Shown here: piece after piece, positions 17,955 through 26,242 of the stretch
How positions within the stretch are numbered: position 1 is the stretch's first letter
Layout: every line of letters begins with the position of its first letter
IMG/VR virus record: IMGVR_UViG_3300032116_000478
Span: 1 to 41,203 of that record
Origin: a virus
Taxonomy: Duplodnaviria > Caudoviricetes
DNA: 41,203 nucleotides
Strand: one strand, 5' to 3'
Made by a program: the position numbers and the translations under genes
Notes under the pieces: model-generated
Told to the model about the DNA's origin: nothing
What the model saw: only the letters and a program-made list of their open reading frames with translations
Databases searched by the model: none

Positions 17955-20455
17955 GCTACGATTCACAGACCAGCACAATCCTGATCAACAAGCTGCGCAA
18001 GGACGTCGACTCGTTGACGCTCAAGATCGCGGTGCTGCAGGACATCAAGGACAACAACGTCGCAGGCGGCACCGCGGTGACCGCTGTGTGGACTGCTAGG
18101 ACGCTGAACACAGTCTCCAGCGATCCGAATGGCCTGATCATCGACCTTGCTTCCAACGAGTGGAAGGTGGCTGCCGGAGCCTACCAGGTGAAGGTGCTTG
18201 CCCCGTTCCACCACACCCGCGGCACCCGGCTGCGGCTGTACGATGTGACCAACTCGGTGGTCATCGGGTACGGCCCGTCGCTCTACATCAACAACGGTGT
18301 GGACATGGAAGTGTCCTTGAACGTGCGCATCACGCCGCACAAGGACAACGTCTACCGGCTGGAGTACTACTGCGAGCGCGGCGGCCATGCTGACGGCTTG
18401 GGTCTGGCTGCCAACGTCGGGCAGTCCGAGATCTACACCACGCTGGAGCTGACGAGGCTCGATACCGGCCTGACCAAGCCGCTCGGTGCTGGTGGTCTGC
18501 AGGGTCCGCAAGGGCCTCCCGGACCGACTGGCCCTGCCGGACCTGCTGGCCCTACTGGCGGCGGTGTGACCAGCGTCAATGTCTCTGGAGGACTGACCGG
18601 CCTTACGACCTCGGGCGGCCCCATCACCAGCAGCGGCACAATCACGCTAGGAGGGGTTGTAGCCGTGTCAGCAGGCGGAACTGGAGCGACCACCGAGGCG
18701 GCTGCCTTGACGAGCCTTGGGGCCTATCCTGCGTCGAATCCGAATGGCTACACGTCGAACGGCGGCACGGTGACGTCCTTCGGATTTACCAATGCCAACG
18801 GTGTGAGCGGTACGGTCACCAACTCGACGACCACGCCCAACCTGACCGTGTCATTGGGCGCCATCACTCCGACTTCGGTGGCAGCCTCTGGCACGGTTAC
18901 CGGCAGCAACCTGTCTGGCAGCAATACCGGCGACCAGACCATCACGCTGACCGGGGATGTGACAGGGTCAGGCACTGGGTCCTTTGCGGCCACTATTGCC
19001 AACAACGCTGTGACCTTCGCCAAGGTGCAGCAGATTGCCACAGACAAGATCCTAGGCCGCGATTCCTCAGGAACGGGTGTTGTTGAGGAATTGGCGGTAA
19101 GCGGCGGTGTGGAGTTCACAGGCTCCGGCGGCATCCAGACCAGCGCGTTCACCGGGGACGTCACCAAGGTTGCCGGTGGTACGGCCCAGACCATCGCCAG
19201 CAGCGCTGTGACCTACGCCAAGATCCAGGACATCTCTGCTGCCTCCCGACTGCTTGGCCGCGGTGCTGGTGCTGGTGCTGGGGTTACGCAGGAGATCAGC
19301 CTAGGCACCGGCCTGTCGATGTCGGGCACCACGCTGTCGGCCTCTGCTGCCGGCACTGTGACGTCGGTGGATGCTTCGGGCGGTACGACAGGCATGAGCT
19401 TCTCGGGCGGCCCTGTGACGACCACAGGCACGCTGACGCTGGCCGGTACGCTCGCTGTGGCCAACGGTGGCACCGGAGCGACTACGGCTGCAGGAGCACT
19501 GACCAACCTCGGGGCCTACCCCAACAGCAACCCGGCTGGGTACACCAGCAACACAGGCACCGTGACCAACGTCTCGGCTTCGGGCGGCGCCAACATCTCG
19601 GTGGCTACCGGCAGCACCACTCCGGTGATCAGTCAGGTGCCGGCTACGACCACGCAGAACGGCTACATGACCTCCACGCAGGCCACCAAGCTCGACGGCA
19701 TTGCCGCGGGGGCTTCGGTGACGTCTGTGAGTGTGTCCGGTGGAACGACAGGCCTGACCACTAGCGGCGGCCCGATCACGTCGTCTGGGACGATTACGCT
19801 GGCTGGTACGCTCTCGGTTGCAAACGGTGGCACCAGCAGCACCTCGGCGCAGTCGGCAATCGACTTCCTTGCGGGTGCAACGACCAACGGCACCTACCTC
19901 CGAGGCAACGGCACGAACAACGTGATGTCGGCCATTCAGGCCGTTGACCTGCCTCTGATTGCCTTGGGTTCGATGGTCTCCGGTACGCTGGCAGTGACCA
20001 ACGGCGGCACAGGCCAGACCAATAGCTTCACCAACGGCGACCTGCTGATTGGCAACACCACGGGTGGCACGCTCAACAAGGCTAAGCTGACGGCAGGCAC
20101 CGGCATCACAATTACCAATGGCGCAGGGTCGATCACCATTGCCAACAGCGGTTCAGGCAGCGGAGACGTCACTGGGCCTTCCAGCAGCACCGACGGCACC
20201 TTTGCCATCTTCGACGGTACGACAGGCAAGGTTATCAAGGAAGCGAGCTGGGTGCAGGATGCCGGCGACTTTATCGGCCCGACCGGAGCCAACAATATGG
20301 TGGACGGGTTCGTGTACATACCTGCCGCAAGCAGCGGACCTTCAGGCACTCCGACCAACGTCACCGGATTGAACGTGCCGATGTTCTTCAACACCAACAG
20401 CAACACGCTGCACATTCACAACGGAACAACTTGGAAGTCCGTGACGTTGACCTAA
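17951..20455 (+). CDS. Long tail fibre with collagen-like segment and internal repeats
   Basis: GLQGPQGPPGPTGPAGPAGPTG; three VTSVxxSGGxTG...GPITSSGTITLxG.L.V..GGT repeats; LGAYPxSNPxGYTSN repeats. Confidence 0.85.
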   Translation: MSYDSQTSTILINKLRKDVDSLTLKIAVLQDIKDNNVAGGTAVTAVWTARTLNTVSSDPNGLIIDLASNEWKVAAGAYQVKVLAPFHHTRGTRLRLYDVTNSVVIGYGPSLYINNGVDMEVSLNVRITPHKDNVYRLEYYCERGGHADGLGLAANVGQSEIYTTLELTRLDTGLTKPLGAGGLQGPQGPPGPTGPAGPAGPTGGGVTSVNVSGGLTGLTTSGGPITSSGTITLGGVVAVSAGGTGATTEAAALTSLGAYPASNPNGYTSNGGTVTSFGFTNANGVSGTVTNSTTTPNLTVSLGAITPTSVAASGTVTGSNLSGSNTGDQTITLTGDVTGSGTGSFAATIANNAVTFAKVQQIATDKILGRDSSGTGVVEELAVSGGVEFTGSGGIQTSAFTGDVTKVAGGTAQTIASSAVTYAKIQDISAASRLLGRGAGAGAGVTQEISLGTGLSMSGTTLSASAAGTVTSVDASGGTTGMSFSGGPVTTTGTLTLAGTLAVANGGTGATTAAGALTNLGAYPNSNPAGYTSNTGTVTNVSASGGANISVATGSTTPVISQVPATTTQNGYMTSTQATKLDGIAAGASVTSVSVSGGTTGLTTSGGPITSSGTITLAGTLSVANGGTSSTSAQSAIDFLAGATTNGTYLRGNGTNNVMSAIQAVDLPLIALGSMVSGTLAVTNGGTGQTNSFTNGDLLIGNTTGGTLNKAKLTAGTGITITNGAGSITIANSGSGSGDVTGPSSSTDGTFAIFDGTTGKVIKEASWVQDAGDFIGPTGANNMVDGFVYIPAASSGPSGTPTNVTGLNVPMFFNTNSNTLHIHNGTTWKSVTLT

Positions 20456-20468
20456 TCTGCAGTCCCCA

Positions 20469-20729
20469 ATGAAACACACCTTTCCGTGCGTCGAGTCGAT
20501 GCGGCGCGTGAACCTCAGCAACGGCCGTGTTGTGCGCGTCTGGCGCGACCGTACCAAGGATCTCTTGGCTGCCTCCTACGACGACGCCGACATCGTCTCC
20601 ACCTGCATTGCCAACGCCAACAACGACACGCAGCTCCTAGCTGCACTCGGCAAGCTCAAGGGCGTGAACGCTGTGGAGCTGGTGGACGCCAATGGTCAGG
20701 GCACTGTGGTCTACACGAGCTGGCCATGA
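20469..20729 (+). CDS. Hypothetical protein
   Basis: 86-aa ORF coupled to the next gene by ATGA. Confidence 0.7.
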   Translation: MKHTFPCVESMRRVNLSNGRVVRVWRDRTKDLLAASYDDADIVSTCIANANNDTQLLAALGKLKGVNAVELVDANGQGTVVYTSWP

Positions 20730-20908
20730 TCTACCGCAACCGCGCAAACCCGGCCATCGAGGTCGAGGTGCTGCATCCGGAGGCCGAGCTACGGCTGGCC
20801 GAAACCAAGCGCCAGGCAATCGTCTATCGGCGTATCTCGACAGGCACGATCCACATCCGTCCGAGGGCCGAGTTCTTCCTGAAGTTCGCCGCGCTCACGG
20901 AAAAGTGA
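20726..20908 (+). CDS. Small SH3-like protein (DUF1653-like)
   Basis: ATGA overlap; IYRN..., AIVYRR..TG.I.IRP..EF..KF pattern. Confidence 0.65.
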   Translation: MIYRNRANPAIEVEVLHPEAELRLAETKRQAIVYRRISTGTIHIRPRAEFFLKFAALTEK

Positions 20909-20944
20909 CCCTCGTTTCACCCCTGCAAACATTGGGGTTTCTGC

Positions 20945-21001
20945 AAAAAGAGGGAAAAATAGTAAAATTGTGTTGCAGGTGTTTGGGTGATGGTGCAGAT
21001 T
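20945..21001 (+). promoter_or_regulatory. Putative sigma70-type early promoter with A-rich UP element
   Basis: A-tracts at 20945-20967; TTGCAG (20973-78), 17 nt, CAGATT (20996-21001); lies at the structural/early module boundary. Confidence 0.45.
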
Positions 21002-21025
21002 GATCCCGTCAACGAGATCAACACC

Positions 21026-21421
21026 ATGAGCAACACGATCAAAATCACCACCCGCTACTCCAACCTGACCGAAGCCGTCGCAGCGACTGGAATGGACCTG
21101 AGCTACAACGAGGCCGACGCTCGCCAGACCATCCGCATCATGGAACGCGATCAGCGGTTGAAGCTGGTGGCGATCTTCTCCGACGAGAACAACCAGATCT
21201 GGTACGTCATTAACAGCGTCGGCGAGAACCTGAACCTCCTGCACAAGTTCTACCCGTTTGGCTCGATGATGAGCGATTCACCGTTCAACGGATACATTGC
21301 GATGAAGAGCGGTGCTATGTGCGGTTTGAACGACTGCGAGACACTCAACCGCATCGGAAGCTATCCGAAGACGACCCAGAACCGCCGACTGATGGCCAAG
21401 GCTGGCGTGATCGCAGGCTGA
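21026..21421 (+). CDS. Hypothetical early protein
   Basis: First ORF after the putative promoter; AACACCATG start. Confidence 0.7.
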   Translation: MSNTIKITTRYSNLTEAVAATGMDLSYNEADARQTIRIMERDQRLKLVAIFSDENNQIWYVINSVGENLNLLHKFYPFGSMMSDSPFNGYIAMKSGAMCGLNDCETLNRIGSYPKTTQNRRLMAKAGVIAG

Positions 21422-21429
21422 AGATTTCA

Positions 21430-21506
21430 GGGCCGGTGGCGCCCATTAAGCCACACCTTCCGCCTGAGAGGAAACACAGGCCCAGGGGCGCGACTGGTCA
21501 ACGCGC
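21430..21506 (+). ncRNA. Three tandem compact H-type pseudoknot-like elements
   Basis: Interleaved complementarities GGGC/GCCC + GTGGC/GCCAC; TTCC/GGAA + CCTG/CAGG; CCAG/CTGG + GCGCG/CGCGC. Confidence 0.45.
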
Positions 21507-21518
21507 AACTTCCTCAAC

Positions 21519-21773
21519 GTGATGACCAGAAGACAAGTCGCTGAGTTCGATTCCGAAATCCTTCTGATGGATGGATTCGATGACTGCATCGCAGGAGTGG
21601 CGACCAGGTGCGGCGGTGAACAGTTCGCGGTGTACGACTACGAACTGGTGATCTCCAAGCTGCAGTCCGACGGGATGACTTATGAGGAAGCCGTAGAATA
21701 CCACGATTTCAATCAACTGGGTGCCTGCAGCAAAGAACGGATGCCGGCATTCATCAGAACCAAACAACCATGA
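21519..21773 (+). CDS. Conserved phage hypothetical protein
   Basis: DGFDDCIAG...AVYDY...GMTYEEAVEYHDFNQLGA motif common in aquatic phages. Confidence 0.75.
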   Translation: MMTRRQVAEFDSEILLMDGFDDCIAGVATRCGGEQFAVYDYELVISKLQSDGMTYEEAVEYHDFNQLGACSKERMPAFIRTKQP

Positions 21774-22102
21774 CCACCATCTCCAACCTCATCAGCGCCC
21801 TGATCATCGTCGAAAGCTCCGGCAACGACATGGCCATCGGCGACAACGGACGCGCCATCGGGCCGCTGCAGATCCACAAGGCCGTTGTGCTTGATGTGAA
21901 CCGGATCACCGGCAGCCACTATCGCTGGGAGTCGATGACCAACCGTGCACAGGCCCGAGCCGTCTGCGAGGCCTACCTGAAGCACTACGGCCGCGGCGCC
22001 AGCACCGAGCAGCTCGCCCGTCGATGGAATGGAGGCCCGTCTGGCGATAAGAAGCAGGCCACCGAGGCCTACTGGAACAAGGTCCGCAAGCATCTCAAAT
22101 GA
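21770..22102 (+). CDS. Lysozyme-fold muramidase/lytic transglycosylase (SLT / i-type-like)
   Basis: LIIVESSG (catalytic Glu), GPLQI, ARRWNGGP, T.AYWNKV. Confidence 0.8.
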   Translation: MTTISNLISALIIVESSGNDMAIGDNGRAIGPLQIHKAVVLDVNRITGSHYRWESMTNRAQARAVCEAYLKHYGRGASTEQLARRWNGGPSGDKKQATEAYWNKVRKHLK

Positions 22103-22236
22103 GTAAAACCAAGACCATCAACGTGAACCCAGACATCCACAAACTGCTCCGAGACTACTGCAAGGCTGCAGGCCTGAAGGTTGGTGCCGTCACCGAGCAG
22201 GCGATCAAGGCGTGGCTAAGGAGGAACGCCAAGTGA
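22099..22236 (+). CDS. Ribbon-helix-helix DNA-binding protein (45 aa)
   Basis: Read manually: MSKTKTINVNPDIHKLLRDYCKAAGLKVGAVTEQAIKAWLRRNAK; ATGA/GTGA coupled on both sides. Confidence 0.75.
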   Translation: MSKTKTINVNPDIHKLLRDYCKAAGLKVGAVTEQAIKAWLRRNAK

Positions 22237-22688
22237 AACGCATTCTGGCTATCGACCCCGGCCTGTCCGGCGGCCTGGCGCACTTCGCCAACAACCGGGT
22301 GACCCTAGAGCCCATGCCGTCGACCGACGGCGACGTCCGGGAAGTGCTGATCAACTACCTGTCGCAGTCGGATGTGGTCTACATTGAGAAAGTGGGCGGA
22401 TACATCGGCGGCAAGGGCGCCCCGGGTAGCGCGATGTTCCAGTTCGGCCGCAACGTAGGATTTATTCACGGCCTGATAGCTTCGATGCTCACCAGGTGCA
22501 TTGAGGTGCCGCCACAGCGCTGGCAGAAGACGATTGGGGCAGGCACCAGCAAGACCCATGGAACGCGCTGGAAGGCCCACCTGAAGGGTTTGGCGCAGCA
22601 GCGGCAGCCTAGCCTCAACATCACACTGAAGACCGCGGATGCGGTGCTCATCCTGGAGCACGCGATGCTGGCGGAGGGACTGAAATGA
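22233..22688 (+). CDS. RuvC-like Holliday junction resolvase
   Basis: ILAIDPGLSGG, VYIEKV, SAMFQFG, VPPQRWQK, TADAVLI; AAGGAGG RBS before GTG. Confidence 0.85.
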   Translation: MKRILAIDPGLSGGLAHFANNRVTLEPMPSTDGDVREVLINYLSQSDVVYIEKVGGYIGGKGAPGSAMFQFGRNVGFIHGLIASMLTRCIEVPPQRWQKTIGAGTSKTHGTRWKAHLKGLAQQRQPSLNITLKTADAVLILEHAMLAEGLK

Positions 22689-22909
22689 GCGAGCAACGAA
22701 TCAACGACGGAGGACCGGCGTTTCCGGTCGAATGTTTGAGCATTGGAATGACCCTTCGCGACTACTTCGCGGCGGCGGCTTTGCAAGGGAATCTAGCAGG
22801 ACAATCAATCGATGTTGGCTATTACGAAGGCAAAGATGCATGGAATAAAGCTGCCAAAGATGCATACGCAATGGCCGACGCGATGCTCAAAGCGAGGGGG
22901 GTCAAATGA
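22685..22909 (+). CDS. Widespread small phage protein (GGPAFP...GMTLRDYFAA family)
   Basis: NDGGPAFP, GMTLRDYFAAAALQG, AYAMADAMLKAR. Confidence 0.82.
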   Translation: MSEQRINDGGPAFPVECLSIGMTLRDYFAAAALQGNLAGQSIDVGYYEGKDAWNKAAKDAYAMADAMLKARGVK

Positions 22910-23325
22910 GCGATCATATTCCTGACGCCACGAAAATGATCGGCGATACACCGAGGACGGATGAGCAGATCAACGGCAAACCATGCACTCGGTTTGCAAT
23001 ACTCGCTGGAGATTCACTGCGAGATGCTTTGGTTCAATCTGAGTTCTCCCGCCAACTCGAACGCGAACTCAACGCGGGCAACGAGCGCATCCATCTACTC
23101 ATCGCAGAGCGCGACACGGCGCGACGACAGGCTGATCAGAATTACAAGATCCGCGAGGAGTTTCGAGAACTACTAGGAACCGATGATGTCGAGCAGGGAG
23201 TGGCTGTGGTGCGTGAGATGAAGGAGCGCATCAAGCGGCTGGAGGAGGTGGGCGATAAGATGGAGATTTATTGCGATACAATCTTAGCGCGTGACTGGAA
23301 GGAAGCTAAGGAGGCCAAGCCGTGA
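22906..23325 (+). CDS. TPRTD-motif coiled-coil hypothetical protein
   Basis: DTPRTD...FSRQLERELN; paralog of 23648-23989. Confidence 0.78.
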   Translation: MSDHIPDATKMIGDTPRTDEQINGKPCTRFAILAGDSLRDALVQSEFSRQLERELNAGNERIHLLIAERDTARRQADQNYKIREEFRELLGTDDVEQGVAVVREMKERIKRLEEVGDKMEIYCDTILARDWKEAKEAKP

Positions 23326-23651
23326 GAAGCTCAACCGAAACACTGATCGCAGCCATGCGGATATTGTCTCAGGATATTCAATCCGAGGATGGCGCGGCCA
23401 ACGCGGCAGTCGCTGAAGCAGCGGAGCGACTAGCGGAGCAGCATATGCGCATCAAGCAATGGCACGACGCTCTTACGCCGCTCATGCCGAGCGACTTCAA
23501 ATGCTGGCATGAGAACAATCCAAACGAATGGCCTGAAGTGGCTGCACGGGTCATCGCATCTCAGCGTGAGCGCATCGCCCAACTAGAGCGTGAGAACGAC
23601 GCTCTCCGCGCCGATCTGCTGCTGTGGCGTGAGCAGGAGGCCAAGCCATGA
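23322..23651 (+). CDS. Coiled-coil hypothetical protein
   Basis: GTGA overlap with AGGAGG RBS; EAAERLAE, RIAQLERE. Confidence 0.75.
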   Translation: MRSSTETLIAAMRILSQDIQSEDGAANAAVAEAAERLAEQHMRIKQWHDALTPLMPSDFKCWHENNPNEWPEVAARVIASQRERIAQLERENDALRADLLLWREQEAKP

Positions 23652-23989
23652 ACCATCATCTTCGTGACGGCACGAAAATGATCAGCAAAACCCCGCGCAC
23701 AGACCGGCAGGCGGTTGTCACCGTGGCTTTCCAGCAGTTCGTGAAGATCGGATTCGCAAAGCAGCTAGAGCGGCAACTCAGAGGTGCGAACGGTCGTGTG
23801 CTTGAGCTGGAATTGGACGTTCAAGCCTACAAAACAAGGCTCATCGAGGATGGAGAGCGCATCTTCGAGCTTGGCACTAGATCAGACAACTATCGCGCCG
23901 AGCTGCTCAAAGCCCGTGAGCGGATCAAGAAGCTGGAAGCCAAAGCCGACGAGCTTCAAGACCTCAAGAAATGGTTGGAGGGACGATGA
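23648..23989 (+). CDS. TPRTD-motif coiled-coil hypothetical protein
   Basis: KTPRTD...FAKQLERQL; AGGAGG RBS, ATGA overlap. Confidence 0.78.
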   Translation: MNHHLRDGTKMISKTPRTDRQAVVTVAFQQFVKIGFAKQLERQLRGANGRVLELELDVQAYKTRLIEDGERIFELGTRSDNYRAELLKARERIKKLEAKADELQDLKKWLEGR

Positions 23990-24135
23990 ACAAAGCAGAC
24001 AAACTACGACACGAAGGCACAGGCCACTACCGCTTCCGCAAGGGCGAGATCAGCGAGATCGTAGCGGCAACCAAGGCTAAGAAGATGGAATACACGTCCT
24101 ACTGGACGCGCAAACGTGGAAAGGGAACCAAGTGA
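23986..24135 (+). CDS. Small basic hypothetical protein (49 aa)
   Basis: Read manually MNKADKLRHEGTGHYRFRKG...; GGAGG RBS; coupled by ATGA and GTGA. Confidence 0.65.
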   Translation: MNKADKLRHEGTGHYRFRKGEISEIVAATKAKKMEYTSYWTRKRGKGTK

Positions 24136-24329
24136 ACGTCACCGATCGAGATGTGGCCAGGACGATGCAGGAGTACGGCGGCAGCTTCGTGCGTGCCTTG
24201 GGCGCAGCGGCATTGGCTGCAGACCCTGTGAACCTGAAGAAGCTGCGGGATGCCTTCCCGGACTATTGGGCGAACTACATGAAGATGGCCCAGCAACTTT
24301 CCGAGGTCGAAAAGCAGGCCTCGAAATAA
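24132..24329 (+). CDS. Conserved small phage protein
   Basis: YGGSFVRAL..A..AAD..N..KL..AFPD motif. Confidence 0.75.
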   Translation: MNVTDRDVARTMQEYGGSFVRALGAAALAADPVNLKKLRDAFPDYWANYMKMAQQLSEVEKQASK

Positions 24330-24362
24330 CACAACAACAACAACACAACGTAAGACGATAGC

Positions 24363-25085
24363 ATGATCATCAGCGCAAGTTGCGGTAAGAAGGACTACGC
24401 ACCGTGCCCGGAATACACCGGCAAGGCCGTGTGCGTCGACGTGACTCCGCTCAAGGAGTACGAAACGGAGTACGGCACCAAGAAGAAGTTCAAGTTCGCC
24501 TTTGAGATCGACTTGATCGACGACACCCGTGACCCGGTGCAGCCCTGGGTGGTGTTTACCAAGCCCATGGTGCCCTCGTTGCACGAGAAGGCAGCCCTGA
24601 CCAAGTTCCTCAAGGACTGGTTCGGCCGGGCGCTCACGCCCCAAGAAAACAAGGCCCTCGACATCGAGAGCCTCATCGGCAAGTCGGCTACCTTGGTGAT
24701 CGCTCACGAGCAGAGCGCGGACGGCACCAAGACCTACGCCAACATCAAGCTCATCATGCCTTTGAAGCAGGGCGAGCTGAAGCCCAGCGGCCAGTGGGTG
24801 CGATTGAAGGACAGGCCTCCCAAGGACGAGCAGGGCCAGACCCAGGCGCCCGCCAAGCTCGACCTGAGCAAGATTCAGGTGCACGTCGGTAAGTTCCGCG
24901 GCACGCCTGTCTCAGAGCTGACCGAGACCGCGGTGAACGGCCTGGCCGAGGTGTGGGTGCCGAAGGCCATGGCCAACAAGGACATCACGGCCGAGGACAA
25001 GCGACTCATCGCCGCAATCAACGCTCGGCTGGAAGAGATCAAGGCCAACAAGGAGATTACTGATTCAGACGACCTGCCGTTCTAA
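24363..25085 (+). CDS. Single-stranded DNA-binding/replication protein (NGO0469-like)
   Basis: YTGKAVCVDV, SLHEKAAL.KFL..W.G, YANI; acidic SSB-type tail DSDDLPF. Confidence 0.75.
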   Translation: MIISASCGKKDYAPCPEYTGKAVCVDVTPLKEYETEYGTKKKFKFAFEIDLIDDTRDPVQPWVVFTKPMVPSLHEKAALTKFLKDWFGRALTPQENKALDIESLIGKSATLVIAHEQSADGTKTYANIKLIMPLKQGELKPSGQWVRLKDRPPKDEQGQTQAPAKLDLSKIQVHVGKFRGTPVSELTETAVNGLAEVWVPKAMANKDITAEDKRLIAAINARLEEIKANKEITDSDDLPF

Positions 25086-25131
25086 AACGATTCTTGTCAT
25101 TGATCGTTTTAACCGGTAAGTGGTAGCACCG

Positions 25132-25722
25132 ATGACAAGAAAGACTTGGACAGAGGCCATGATCGCAGACCGAATCATGGAGAACTACCGCAACACCGGG
25201 CTCATGCCCACCAATCAGTACCTTCGCTCAACAGGACAAGGAGATCTGGCGAATCAGATTTCGAAGAAAGGTGGGTTCTTCAAATGGGCAGACAGGCTTG
25301 GCATTACAAGAGCACCTTCCGACTCAGACACTGGATGGAATGGTGAAAAGAGAGTGCAGACGATACTGGAATCAGCAGGGTTTCAGGTGGAGAGAAGCAT
25401 CGCCGTGAAGTGGCCGTTTGACCTGCTCGTCAACAAGGTTCTCCGAATTGACGTCAAATCGGCTAACTTCGCGGTCTATGGAGCCTGCAAAGGTTGGTTC
25501 TATCGAATCGGAAAAGCGCCTCAGGCAGACCTGATGGCACTACATCAACTCGACACCGGGGAAACCTATTGGATTCCTTGGCACATCATACCTCACAGCA
25601 ACGTGACCATTTCAAAGGATGGGGGGAAATGGGCACCATACAAAGAAGCACTCTGGATCGTTCAGAGTATGTTGGAAACCCGCCAGGCAGAGGCAGAAAA
25701 GCTGTCGTTACTTTCACAATGA
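25132..25722 (+). CDS. PD-(D/E)XK nuclease with N-terminal helical DNA-binding region (homing-endonuclease-like)
   Basis: G..GEK.V...L...GF.V, PFDLLVN...IDVKS motif; lower GC than its neighbours. Confidence 0.72.
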   Translation: MTRKTWTEAMIADRIMENYRNTGLMPTNQYLRSTGQGDLANQISKKGGFFKWADRLGITRAPSDSDTGWNGEKRVQTILESAGFQVERSIAVKWPFDLLVNKVLRIDVKSANFAVYGACKGWFYRIGKAPQADLMALHQLDTGETYWIPWHIIPHSNVTISKDGGKWAPYKEALWIVQSMLETRQAEAEKLSLLSQ

Positions 25723-26156
25723 AACCAGCACCCAACGAATCTGGGAGCACCTTACATATGTCAAATCGTAGAAAACGCACACCCCTAGCCCACCTGGTAC
25801 CATCCGTGGTGCTGATGCGTGCCGAGGGTCGTACACTGCAGGAGATCGGCAACAAGCTGGCTCTGACCAAGCAGCGGATCAGCCAGGTGGTCAAGGCCGC
25901 CAAACGGTTCGAATACGTTTCCGCTCAATGGGGATTCCCGTTCAGCAACCGGACACACCGCATCCTTGATGCCTTGGCAATCCAGAGCAAGGAGGACGCT
26001 CTGGCCCTATACCGCACAGGCCACCTCTACCCGGGCGCCGTGTGGTCATTCGGCCGCAAGTCGTACAACGAGATCTGCGAGTGGCTAGGAGTCGAGCCGC
26101 TGACCAAACGCCCGATTAAGGGCTGCAACTGCCCACACTGCGGCAAGCCAATCTAA
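25719..26156 (+). CDS. Sigma70 region-4-like HTH fused to an RNA polymerase alpha-CTD-like domain and CxxC tail (alternative start 25758)
   Basis: GRTLQEIGNKLALTKQRISQV; FSNRTHRILDALAIQS...FGRKSYNEICEWL; CNCPHCGK. Confidence 0.72.
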   Translation: MKPAPNESGSTLHMSNRRKRTPLAHLVPSVVLMRAEGRTLQEIGNKLALTKQRISQVVKAAKRFEYVSAQWGFPFSNRTHRILDALAIQSKEDALALYRTGHLYPGAVWSFGRKSYNEICEWLGVEPLTKRPIKGCNCPHCGKPI

Positions 26157-26242
26157 CACTTTCCCGGCAGCCTGTTGCTGCTGGGGGACTCATGGTTCGT
26201 TCCGGGGGGTGCGCATCCGGGGACAAACGCACACCAAATTAA

